64,000 nt of DNA from Candidatus Levyibacteriota bacterium (GTDB lineage: Bacteria; Patescibacteriota; Microgenomatia; Levybacterales; UBA12049), in assembly GCA_038254115.1 (NCBI GenBank), contig JBBSGK010000001.1:2713-66712 (forward strand). Reading direction: 5' to 3'. The notes under the pieces are model-generated. The model did no database searches. It was not told where the DNA came from and saw only the letters and a list, made by a program, of their open reading frames with translations. The position numbers and the translations under genes are program-made. This document shows positions 19,029 through 28,080 of this stretch, piece after piece. How positions within the stretch are numbered: the first letter of the stretch is position 1; the number at the start of each line of letters is the position of its first letter.

Positions 19029-20779
19029 GTGACAAAGGAAAAATTATAACTAAAGATCTTAAAAAATTTGCTAAATCCCCCAATCTTTCCGATTACGATA
19101 AAACTTATAAATCCTTTTCCTGGGAAAACGCAGCAAAAGAAGAAATAGAATTTTTTCCGGACGGCACTCTAAATATTGTCTACAATTGCATTGACCGTCA
19201 TGCAAAAGGCAAGCGGAAAAACAAGGTTGCTTTACTTTTTGAAGGAGCAAAAGGTGAGAAAGAAAAATACACGTTCTCTGATTTAAAAAAACTTATAGAT
19301 AAATTTGCAAATGTTCTTGTTTCAAAAAATGTTAAAAAGGGAGATAGGGTTTTTATCTTTCTTCCTCCAATTCCTGAGCGCTATGTTGCATTCCTCGGGA
19401 TTTTAAAAATGGGGGGAGTTGTCGGTACTATGTTTTCAGCTTTTCAGGAAATGGCGCTTTTGGACCGTCTATCAGACAGCGGTGCAAAAGTAGTGATCAC
19501 CAACTCCGCTTTATATCCACGCATTGAAAAGATCTGGAAGGACTTGCCTGATTTAGAGAAAATAATTATCGTTGACCGGGGGGGGGATGACCTGCTGGAG
19601 GGAAAAAATATTGTTCATTATAAAAAAGAAATGGATGCTGCACCGGATGATTTTGAGATAGCGCATATGAAAAAAGATGATTATTCATATATGTTATATA
19701 CATCTGGCACTACAGGGACGCCAAAGGGAGTAATGCACTCTCACTATGATATTCTTCAGGCAATTGTTACTACAAAATATGTTCTGGATGTTCAGGAAAA
19801 TGATATATATTGGTGTACTGCCGACATCGGTTGGGTTACAGGTGTTGTTTATGCAACCCTTGGACCTTGGGGATTGGGGGTAACTCAGGTATTGTTTGAA
19901 GGAAGATTTAGCCCTGATGCATGGTACAAGATTATGCAGGATTATAAAGTTACCCTGTGGTATACAGCTCCTACTGCCGTTCGGATGCTGATGGGATCAG
20001 ATGTGTCTCCCAAAAAATATAATTTATCGAAATTAAGAGAAATTTTTAGTGTAGGTGAACCTCTAAATCCTGAAGCGATTTGGTGGGGACTTGAAGCTTA
20101 CGGTTTGCCATTTCATGACACTTGGTGGCAGACAGAACTCGGGGGAATATCAATCACTAACTATCCGGTTATGGATGTAAGACCGGGTTCTATGGGCAAA
20201 CCTTTGCCCGGGATAAAAGCTGCAATTATTGATGATAATGGGAAAGAACTTGAAGATGGTGAGGAAGGGCATCTGGCACTTTTGTCATCCACAATCTCTT
20301 CGCTTATGAAAACAATCTGGAACAACAAAAAAAAGTTTGATTCCTATTTTATTGGCAAATGGTACATCTCAGGAGATAAAGCATTCCGGGATAAAGATGG
20401 TTATTATTGGTTTGTCGGCCGTGCCGATGATGTGATCAAAACATCAGGTGAGCGGGTCGGGCCATTTGAGGTTGAGAGCGCTCTCGTTTCCCACCCTCAT
20501 GTAATTGAGGCCGGAGTTATCGGAAAGCCTGATGAGGTAAGGGGCGAGATAATCAAAGCTTTTGTTGTTACAAAGCCCGGAGTTGAGCAGACTGAAGAGC
20601 TGAAGGAAGAGCTGAAACTGCATGTAAAAAAACATCTTGCGGGACACGCATATCCGCGGGAAATTGATTATATTGATAAACTGCCGAAGACAAGATCAGG
20701 AAAAATCATGAGACGTGTTTTGAAAGCAAAAGAACTGGGACTTCCAGTTGGTGATACCTCAACGCTTGAGGATTATTAA
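19025..20779 (+). CDS. acsA: Acetate--CoA ligase (AMP-forming acetyl-CoA synthetase)
   Basis: YTSGTTGTPKG, DTWWQTE, GRADDVIK and PKTRSGKIMRR; ATG overlaps the xfp stop. Confidence 0.92.
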   Translation: MSDKGKIITKDLKKFAKSPNLSDYDKTYKSFSWENAAKEEIEFFPDGTLNIVYNCIDRHAKGKRKNKVALLFEGAKGEKEKYTFSDLKKLIDKFANVLVSKNVKKGDRVFIFLPPIPERYVAFLGILKMGGVVGTMFSAFQEMALLDRLSDSGAKVVITNSALYPRIEKIWKDLPDLEKIIIVDRGGDDLLEGKNIVHYKKEMDAAPDDFEIAHMKKDDYSYMLYTSGTTGTPKGVMHSHYDILQAIVTTKYVLDVQENDIYWCTADIGWVTGVVYATLGPWGLGVTQVLFEGRFSPDAWYKIMQDYKVTLWYTAPTAVRMLMGSDVSPKKYNLSKLREIFSVGEPLNPEAIWWGLEAYGLPFHDTWWQTELGGISITNYPVMDVRPGSMGKPLPGIKAAIIDDNGKELEDGEEGHLALLSSTISSLMKTIWNNKKKFDSYFIGKWYISGDKAFRDKDGYYWFVGRADDVIKTSGERVGPFEVESALVSHPHVIEAGVIGKPDEVRGEIIKAFVVTKPGVEQTEELKEELKLHVKKHLAGHAYPREIDYIDKLPKTRSGKIMRRVLKAKELGLPVGDTSTLEDY

Positions 20780-20785
20780 CCACAC

Positions 20786-21237
20786 ATGAACTTTATCCAC
20801 GAAAAAGCAATATTGAAGGTGATGTAACTCTCGGAGAAAATGTCAGCGTTTGGCCCTTTGCATCAATTCGTGGGGACGAAGGGCAAATCATAATTGGGGA
20901 AAATACAAGCGTTCAGGATAATGTCACAATTCATGGAAAAGTAAAGATTGGAAAAAATGTGACAATCGGTCATGGCGCAGTAATTCACGGAGCAAAAATA
21001 GGCAGCAATGTGCTGATCGGTATGAATAGTACTATTCTTGATGGAGTTGAGATTGCGGATTGGTGCATAATCGCTGCAGGAAGTGTCCTAACACCCAAGA
21101 CAAAAATTGAAACAGAATCGCTCGTCATGGGAATTCCGGGCAAAGTCACCAGAAAACTCGAGCAAAAAGACAAAGACCATATAGTCTCCGCATACAAAAA
21201 TTACCTAACCAAAATCAAAGTGACACAAAACTATTAA
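20786..21237 (+). pseudogene. Gamma-carbonic-anhydrase/PaaY-like hexapeptide-repeat protein, frameshifted near codon 8
   Basis: ATG 20786 gives MNFIHEKA then a stop at 20825; the -1 frame continues IEGDVTLGENVSVWPFASIRGD...QDNVTIH...TIGHGAVIHG. One base is missing (real lesion or assembly error). Confidence 0.8.
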
Positions 21238-21244
21238 ATATCTC

Positions 21245-21275
21245 CATTGTATCTCATTGTATGACATGGTATAAT
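21245..21275 (+). promoter_or_regulatory. Three direct repeats with 10-bp period overlapping the -10 box; putative operator
   Basis: CATTGTAT (21245), CATTGTAT (21255), CATGGTAT (21265), running into TATAAT (21270-21275). Confidence 0.6.
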
Positions 21276-21282
21276 CCATTTC

Positions 21283-22380
21283 ATGCCTAAACAGATACTT
21301 ACCATCAAACAAGCGGCGAAATTACTTCAAGTTGATCCCAACACTATTTATCGCTGGGCAAGATCCGGAAAATTTCCGGGATCCAAGATTGGAAAAGAAT
21401 GGAGGGTCCTGCACTCGGATGTAATCAAGTTTATCGAGTCCAACAAAAAGAGAACGCAATTTCTTTCAGAATCCCAAGAAGCAGAGCTGATAACAGCACT
21501 TGTCGGAAGACGCGAGATTCCTCTCAAATTTGAGTATATTGGCATAGGAGCCGAAAGATATGTTTCACTGTCATTTCCCAATGTTGGAGGCGGATCAGAG
21601 TTTGATATTATCCTAGATAATAAGAAAAAGCTCTCATCATTTTTGGGAAAAAGACCCTTCAATTTATTAGATCTTGGTTCAGGGGATGGAAAAAAAGCAG
21701 CATTTTTTATAAATAATATAAATAAAAGTACCTCAGGATATTTCGCATTGGATATAAGTTCGAGAATGCTTGCGATTGCAACAAGTAATATAGAGTTGTC
21801 ATTTCCAAATTTACCCCATGAAACATTCATAGGGGACTTTGAAAACGGGAATATTGCACAGCAGACATATTATCTGCAAAGGAGATATCAAAATAATAAT
21901 CTTATTTTATTTTTGGGAAATACGATCGGTAATCTTCCAGATGCACATAGGGTACTTATGAATTTACGGGATAGTATGACTGAGGAGGATTATCTATTAG
22001 TTGGTCTTGCTTTCTATAACCCAAACAATATTCCTTTGGAATCATATAACAGTGAGAGGGTTAAAGACTGGTTATGGAGTGTGCCTCAAAAAATAGGAAT
22101 AACTTCAAAAGATGCAAAAATTTATGCATCATACAACAAGCAAAGACGTCAAATTGAAATGCAACTTGAATTCGATAGAGATTGGGGACAGACTTATGGA
22201 TTAAATCTCCTATCGTTTAATGAGGGACAAAGAATAAGGTTGGCTATTTCGAGGCGATTCACAAAAGATGATATTTTTGAGTTGTTTGCCGGGGCTGGAT
22301 TTAAAATAGAGCTATTAACACACGATAAAGATAACGCGCTTGTTCTTGTCCGCCCCCACACATGGGAGAAGAAAATTTAG
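21283..22380 (+). CDS. Excisionase/BldC-like HTH (HTH_17) fused to an EgtD-like SAM-dependent methyltransferase
   Basis: LTIKQAAKLLQVDPNTIYRWARSGKFPGSKIGKEWR; then EIPLKFEY, LLDLGSGDGKK, ALDISSRML, LFLGNTIGN and ISRRFT. Confidence 0.8.
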   Translation: MPKQILTIKQAAKLLQVDPNTIYRWARSGKFPGSKIGKEWRVLHSDVIKFIESNKKRTQFLSESQEAELITALVGRREIPLKFEYIGIGAERYVSLSFPNVGGGSEFDIILDNKKKLSSFLGKRPFNLLDLGSGDGKKAAFFINNINKSTSGYFALDISSRMLAIATSNIELSFPNLPHETFIGDFENGNIAQQTYYLQRRYQNNNLILFLGNTIGNLPDAHRVLMNLRDSMTEEDYLLVGLAFYNPNNIPLESYNSERVKDWLWSVPQKIGITSKDAKIYASYNKQRRQIEMQLEFDRDWGQTYGLNLLSFNEGQRIRLAISRRFTKDDIFELFAGAGFKIELLTHDKDNALVLVRPHTWEKKI

Positions 22381-22400
22381 TATAATTAGATACATTCCTT

Positions 22401-23372
22401 ATGCAAATTCAAAATGATTTTCCTCTTAAAGACGTTCTATTTTATAAAATAGGCGGTATTGCAAAGTATTTTATAACTTGCGAGAATAAACAGGACATAA
22501 TTGACGCTCTTGAGTTTATAAAAACAAAAAATATTAACAAAGTTTTCGTTCTAGGTCTTGGGTCAAACTTGATTTTTACAGATGATTATTTTGATGGGGC
22601 GGTTATCCAGATAGGGCAAGGGCGCAATAGTGCAAATGAGATTAAAGTTAACCCAGATGGGTTGGTTGAGTGTTTTGCCGGTGAAATTTTGGATAATGTT
22701 ATAAAGTTTGCGCTTGACAATAATTTGCTGGGTCTTGAGTGGGCAGGGGGACTACCCGGAACTGTGGGCGCTGCAGTACGCGGGAATGTCGGCGCATTTG
22801 GCGGGGAGATAAAAGATAGCATCGTATCTGTTGATGTTTTGGATTACTCAACTGAACAGCCGGTTCTCAAAACATTAACCAATCAAGAACTGCAATTTGT
22901 TTACCGCGGAAGCATAGTCAAGACACACAAAAAAATGGTAGTCATTACCGCCTATTTTAAATTACAAAAAGGTAGTAAAGAAGACACAGAAAAAGCGCAG
23001 GAAGTTTACGATAAAAATAAGCAATTCAGAAAAGATCACCATCCTCTTGAATATGCCAACTGCGGATCTGTGTTTAAAAATCTGAGAGATAAGGAGCAAA
23101 TAAAAAAAGTTTTGTCAATCTATCCTGATCTACGCGAAAATGTTGAAAAAAAATGGTATGGAAAAGTGGCAGTTGCAAGTCTGATTGAAAAATTAGGTTT
23201 GAAGGGTTATCAAATAGGAGATGCACAAGTTTCAGAAAAGCACGCGTTATTTATTGTAAATTTAGGCAAGGCAAAGTTTGATGACGTTCTCCAGATAATT
23301 GCACATGTTCAGCAAAAATTCCAAGATACTTTTGGATTCGAGCTCGAGATTGAGGTTGAGATAGTAAATTAA
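22401..23372 (+). CDS. murB: UDP-N-acetylenolpyruvoylglucosamine reductase
   Basis: GLGSNL, GLPGTVGAAVRGNVGAFG, GSVFKN and VSEKHALFIVN. Confidence 0.95.
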   Translation: MQIQNDFPLKDVLFYKIGGIAKYFITCENKQDIIDALEFIKTKNINKVFVLGLGSNLIFTDDYFDGAVIQIGQGRNSANEIKVNPDGLVECFAGEILDNVIKFALDNNLLGLEWAGGLPGTVGAAVRGNVGAFGGEIKDSIVSVDVLDYSTEQPVLKTLTNQELQFVYRGSIVKTHKKMVVITAYFKLQKGSKEDTEKAQEVYDKNKQFRKDHHPLEYANCGSVFKNLRDKEQIKKVLSIYPDLRENVEKKWYGKVAVASLIEKLGLKGYQIGDAQVSEKHALFIVNLGKAKFDDVLQIIAHVQQKFQDTFGFELEIEVEIVN

Positions 23373-23375
23373 AAC

Positions 23376-23404
23376 TTGTCACGAGCACATGTATCTGATA
23401 AAAT
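23376..23404 (+). promoter_or_regulatory. Promoter of the lysine operon
   Basis: TTGTCA-17 nt-TAAAAT with extended TG. Confidence 0.65.
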
Positions 23405-23414
23405 AGTAAGTAAT

Positions 23415-23465
23415 ATGATAAGAAAAATACAATTCAGCTCAGAAACAAAGAAGCGCCTTTCTTAG
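23415..23465 (+). CDS. Putative Lys-containing leader peptide MIRKIQFSSETKKRLS
   Basis: 16-codon ORF right after the promoter, with tandem AAG AAG codons inside the first attenuator stem. Confidence 0.6.
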   Translation: MIRKIQFSSETKKRLS

Positions 23466-23522
23466 GGGGTTTTCTTTGCGTATCAAAATTCACAAGAAAC
23501 ACCCCTCTCCGGAGGGTTTTTT
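23446..23522 (+). promoter_or_regulatory. Transcription attenuator (1:2, 2:3 antiterminator, 3:4 terminator)
   Basis: CAAAGAAG pairs with TTTCTTTG (1:2); GGGGTTTTCTTTG pairs with CAAGAAACACCCC (2:3); CCCTC-TCCG-GAGGG-TTTTTT (3:4). Confidence 0.7.
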
Positions 23523-23534
23523 AATAAAAAATTT

Positions 23535-24758
23535 ATGGCAAAAATTAATAAAAACTTTCAAAAATTAAAATCTAGCTATCTTTCTGTTCAAATTAACAAA
23601 AGAACAAAAGCTTTTCAAGTAAAACATCCGGGTAGCCAGATATACAAACTGGGCATAGGCAACACAACCGAGCCATTGCCAGGGAGTGTTATTAGTGGGC
23701 TTCAGGCAGGTGTTGATAAGCTTTCTGATGTCAAAACATATACCGGTTATGGAGAGGAAACAGGGGATAATAGACTTAGGGAAGCGCTTTCGGAAAAGTA
23801 TTCTAAAAATGGTATTATACTTGATTTTCAAGAAATATTTATAAGTGATGGCGCAAAGCCGGATACCGCAAACATTCAATCTATTTTTTCAATTGACAGT
23901 GTAGTGGCAGTTCAAGATCCGGTTTACCCTGTGTATGTTGAGACAAATGTAATTGCCGGAAGAACCGGAGAGTATGAAAATGGGAAATACAAAGGCCTTG
24001 TTTATCTTCCATGTACGAAAGAGAATAATTTCGTACCTTACCTACCGGAAATAAAAGTTGATCTTATGTATTTGTGTAGTCCCAATAATCCAACAGGTGC
24101 AGTTCTTACAAAAGAACAATTAAAAAAATTTGTTGATTATGCGCTGAAAAATAAAGCAATTATCATTTATGATGCAGCTTATGAGGCATTCATCAGGAAT
24201 AATGATTTGCCACATAGTATTTATGAAATTGAGGGAGCTAAAGAATGTGCAATTGAGGTGGGTAGCTTTTCAAAATCTTCCGGCTTTACCGGTGTCCGGG
24301 TTGGCTGGACAGTTGTACCAATGGATTTGGTTGGAGAGGATGCAAAAAAAGGTGAAGTAAATGCTTTGTGGGCTAGAAGACAGGTGACAATGTTCAATGG
24401 AGCATCAAATATCGCGCAGGAAGGAGCACTAGCAGTGTTATCAGATAAAGGACAGAAAGAGTGTAATAAAATAGTTGCGTATTACATGGAAAATGCACAA
24501 ATTATAAAAACCGCTTTTGACAATCTGGGATTTGAAGTTTTTGGCGGAGAAAACGCTCCTTATATATGGATTAAAACGCCGGGAAAACTAACATCATGGG
24601 AATTTTTTGATAAATTGCTGGATGAGGCACATGTCGTCGGAACACCGGGCTCTATTTTCGGCCCTCACGGCGAAGGCTACTTCAGACTTTCGGCATTTGG
24701 ACATAGGGAAGACATAGAAAAAGCGGTAAAAAGTATAGAGGAGAAATTAAAAATATGA
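23535..24758 (+). CDS. dapL: LL-diaminopimelate aminotransferase
   Basis: LGIGNTTEPL, EIFISDGAK, CSPNNPTG, SFSKSSGFTGVR and NAPYIW. Confidence 0.93.
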   Translation: MAKINKNFQKLKSSYLSVQINKRTKAFQVKHPGSQIYKLGIGNTTEPLPGSVISGLQAGVDKLSDVKTYTGYGEETGDNRLREALSEKYSKNGIILDFQEIFISDGAKPDTANIQSIFSIDSVVAVQDPVYPVYVETNVIAGRTGEYENGKYKGLVYLPCTKENNFVPYLPEIKVDLMYLCSPNNPTGAVLTKEQLKKFVDYALKNKAIIIYDAAYEAFIRNNDLPHSIYEIEGAKECAIEVGSFSKSSGFTGVRVGWTVVPMDLVGEDAKKGEVNALWARRQVTMFNGASNIAQEGALAVLSDKGQKECNKIVAYYMENAQIIKTAFDNLGFEVFGGENAPYIWIKTPGKLTSWEFFDKLLDEAHVVGTPGSIFGPHGEGYFRLSAFGHREDIEKAVKSIEEKLKI

Positions 24759-26008
24759 AAAAAACAATTCCTTTTACAAAAGCGCAAATTGAAGAAGTTA
24801 TAAAAAAATATCCCACGCCATTTCATATTTATGATGAAGAAGCGATCATTAACAATGCTCGCAAACTTTATAAAGCATTTGATTGGGTTGAGGGATTCAA
24901 GAATTATTATGCTGTAAAAGTTAATCCAAACCCTCATATAATTAAAATTCTTAAAGAAGAAGGTATGGGACTGGATTGCAGCTCCCTGCCGGAGCTTATC
25001 TTAGCTGAAAAGCTCGGTTTTAAAGGTGATGAAATTATGTTCAGTTCCAATGACACGGCTTATGGGGAATTTAAGAAAGCATATGACATGGGAGCGATAA
25101 TAAATCTTGATGATATAACTCACATTGAAATTTTGGAAAAATATGCAGGTATCCCTAATATTATTTGTTTTAGGTACAATCCTGGACCACTTAGAAAACA
25201 TAAAGGTAATGTTATTATTGGCAATCCTGAAGATGCGAAATTTGGTATGACGCGTGAACAATTATTTGATGCATATAAAATAATGAAAACAAAAGGGGTA
25301 AAGAGATTTGGTTTGCATGCGATGATTGCATCAAATGAATTGGATAAAAACGCGTTCGTTGAAACAGCTGAGCTTCTTTTGGATCTGGTCGTTGAAATAT
25401 CAAAAAAAGTAGGAATAAAATTTGAATTTATTAATTTAGGAGGGGGAATAGGAATTCCTCAAAAGCTTACAGAAAATCCAGTGGATCTAGAATTTGTTTC
25501 ACAAGGTATAAAAAAATTATATCAGCAAAAAATCGTTAAAAATAAATTGGCGTCGCTTAGCATGGTTATGGAAAATGGTAGAGTAATTGCAGGGCCATAT
25601 GGATATTTAGTAACAAAAGTTATACATCAAAAAAATATATACAAAAAATATATAGGAGTGGACGCTTCAATGGCGAATTTTATGCGCCCTGCAGTATACA
25701 AAGCATATCATCATGAGACAGTGCTTGGTAAAGAAAATAGCCCCAGTACAGAGACATATGATGTTGTCGGATCGCTATGTGAGAATAATGATAAATTTGC
25801 TATTGATAGAAAGCTTCCAAAAATTGAAATTGGAGATCTTATCGTGATTCACGACACAGGTGCTCACGGACACGCAATGGGATTTAATTATAATGGCAAA
25901 CTTCGATCAGCTGAATTATTGCTCCGTCCTGATAAAACAGTAAAACTGATAAGAAGGGCAGAAACCATAGATGATTATTTCGCAACATTGGATTTTAAGA
26001 ATTTATAA
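24755..26008 (+). CDS. lysA: Diaminopimelate decarboxylase
   Basis: YAVKVNPNP, AKFG, NLGGGIG, VGSLCENND and GAHGHAMGFNYN. Confidence 0.92.
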   Translation: MKKTIPFTKAQIEEVIKKYPTPFHIYDEEAIINNARKLYKAFDWVEGFKNYYAVKVNPNPHIIKILKEEGMGLDCSSLPELILAEKLGFKGDEIMFSSNDTAYGEFKKAYDMGAIINLDDITHIEILEKYAGIPNIICFRYNPGPLRKHKGNVIIGNPEDAKFGMTREQLFDAYKIMKTKGVKRFGLHAMIASNELDKNAFVETAELLLDLVVEISKKVGIKFEFINLGGGIGIPQKLTENPVDLEFVSQGIKKLYQQKIVKNKLASLSMVMENGRVIAGPYGYLVTKVIHQKNIYKKYIGVDASMANFMRPAVYKAYHHETVLGKENSPSTETYDVVGSLCENNDKFAIDRKLPKIEIGDLIVIHDTGAHGHAMGFNYNGKLRSAELLLRPDKTVKLIRRAETIDDYFATLDFKNL

Positions 26009-26013
26009 AACAT

Positions 26014-27345
26014 ATGATAGTTGCAAAATTTGGAGGAAAATCAGTCGGGAGCGCGAAAAGCGTTGAGACAATTTGTCGGATAGTAAAATCGGAAATAAAA
26101 AAAAATCCGGTGATTGTTGTTTCTGCGGTTAGTCAGGTAACCAATATGCTTGTCGCGCTTGCTGATGCCGATTTCGGGACATTTGATGAGATATTTAACA
26201 AAATCAAGGCAGCGCATTTTGATTTGATAGCTTCTTTGTGGGAAATAAGTCCAACAGAACTTACGGGATATATTGATAGCTGTCTAAACAGTCTAAAAGC
26301 TATTGCATCTCAAGAAAGTAAAACAAAAGCAGATATGGATTCTCTTCTGATGCATGGGGAGATGATGTCTTCATATATTATCGCGCATTATTTAACCGAA
26401 TCAGGGATAAAGTCCCAACAAGTACTTGCAACGGAGTTGATTGTTACTGATCGGGAATTCGGATCTGCAGAGTTTATCCCTGATCTAACCGCCAAAAAAA
26501 CTAAAACAATAATCGAACCGTTACTTAACGCGGGCATTGTACCGGTGATCACCGGTTTTCTCGGAGCAACAGAAAAGGGAGAGCCGACAACTTTGGGACG
26601 CGGAGGATCTGATTACAGCGCTTCAATAATAGGGTTTGCTCTCAACGCCTCAGAAGTTCAGATTTGGTCAGATGTTGACGGGATTTTTTCGGCTGATCCG
26701 CGTGCCGTATCTAAAGCAAAGCTTATAAAAAACATATCTTTTAAAGAGGCATCAGAGCTTGCTTATTTTGGGGCAAAAATACTTCATCCAAGTACTCTTC
26801 GTCCAGCAATGAAAGCAGGTATTCCTGTCCGGGTTATGAATACAATGAATCCCAAAAATTCAGGGACAACTATTCAAAAAGATTCCCTATCCGTGAACGA
26901 AATTAAAGCAATAACCTCAAAAAAAAATATAAAGCTTATCAATCTTTATTCAGCAGATATGCTTTTTGGTAAAGGATTTTTGGCTCGTATTTTTGCAATT
27001 TTTTCAAAACATAATGTATCTATTGATTTGGTGAGTGTTTCGGAAGTAAGTGTTTCTGTAACTATGGATAATCAGGATAACCTAAAATTGGCGCTACAGG
27101 AGCTTTCAGAATTTACATCTGTTGCAAATCTGCCAGACTTTGGTATAGTATCTCTAGTCGGGGATAGAATCGTAAAAATTCCCCATATCATGAAAAATAT
27201 ATTTACTATTCTAGATGCACAAAAAATTGGAGTTAAAATGATCTCACTCGGAGCAACGGATATTAATATAAGTGTGGTTATAGAATCTTCTAAAATTGAG
27301 ACAGCAGTTGAAAGTTTGCACAATGAATTATTATTAAAATTATGA
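26014..27345 (+). CDS. lysC: Aspartate kinase
   Basis: AKFGGKSV, TTLGRGGSDYSA, DVDGIFSADP; two ACT domains. Confidence 0.92.
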   Translation: MIVAKFGGKSVGSAKSVETICRIVKSEIKKNPVIVVSAVSQVTNMLVALADADFGTFDEIFNKIKAAHFDLIASLWEISPTELTGYIDSCLNSLKAIASQESKTKADMDSLLMHGEMMSSYIIAHYLTESGIKSQQVLATELIVTDREFGSAEFIPDLTAKKTKTIIEPLLNAGIVPVITGFLGATEKGEPTTLGRGGSDYSASIIGFALNASEVQIWSDVDGIFSADPRAVSKAKLIKNISFKEASELAYFGAKILHPSTLRPAMKAGIPVRVMNTMNPKNSGTTIQKDSLSVNEIKAITSKKNIKLINLYSADMLFGKGFLARIFAIFSKHNVSIDLVSVSEVSVSVTMDNQDNLKLALQELSEFTSVANLPDFGIVSLVGDRIVKIPHIMKNIFTILDAQKIGVKMISLGATDINISVVIESSKIETAVESLHNELLLKL

Positions 27346-28079
27346 AAATAGCATTAATAGGTTACGGAAAAATGGGACAGGAAATTGAGCAAGTTGTTCG
27401 CGCGGGGAAAAAACATGAGATTGTTTCTGTGAGTTTTAGAACGACCAGCGATACTCTTGATATCGACAGAATAAAAAATGCGGATGTGGCGATTGATTTT
27501 ACGTCACCGGAAATAGTTCTAAAAAATATTCAACAAGTTTCAGGACTGGGCATAAATATGGTCGTTGGAACAACAGGTTGGTATGATCAATTATCGGAAG
27601 TTGAAAAACTTGTTGAAAAAGCAAATATTGGATTAGTATTCGGACAAAATTTCTCAATTGGCGCAAATATCTTTTTTGATATTATAAAATACGCAAGTAA
27701 TCAGATTAACAGGTTTGAAGGATATGATGTATTTGGTGTTGAAACTCATCACACTGGTAAAAAAGATAGCCCGAGCGGTACGGCAAAAAAGCTTGGGGAA
27801 ATTATACTCAAGAATTATCCGAGCAAAAAAATATTGCAAACTGAAAAATTGGATAGACCTGTTAAACCCGAAGAACTGCATTTCGCATCAGTTAGGGGTG
27901 GAAGAAATCCCGGGCGTCATGAAATCGCATTTGATAGTAAGGCAGACGAGATAAGACTTATTCATCAAGCTTGGGGAAGAAAAGGATTTGCTGAAGGAGC
28001 AGTTGTCGCGGCAGAATTTATAAAAGATAAAAAGGGCTTGTATGATTTTAGTGAGATATTTAATGAGGTAAATAAATAA
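27342..28079 (+). CDS. dapB: 4-hydroxy-tetrahydrodipicolinate reductase
   Basis: GYGKMG, VVGTTGW, ETHHTGKKDSPSGTA and GFAEGA. Confidence 0.94.
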   Translation: MKIALIGYGKMGQEIEQVVRAGKKHEIVSVSFRTTSDTLDIDRIKNADVAIDFTSPEIVLKNIQQVSGLGINMVVGTTGWYDQLSEVEKLVEKANIGLVFGQNFSIGANIFFDIIKYASNQINRFEGYDVFGVETHHTGKKDSPSGTAKKLGEIILKNYPSKKILQTEKLDRPVKPEELHFASVRGGRNPGRHEIAFDSKADEIRLIHQAWGRKGFAEGAVVAAEFIKDKKGLYDFSEIFNEVNK

Positions 28080-28080
28080 T

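Noticed and set aside
21283-21450. Excisionase-like HTH as evidence of a prophage or ICE
   Set aside because: No integrase, att site or phage genes nearby; the domain is fused to a methyltransferase.
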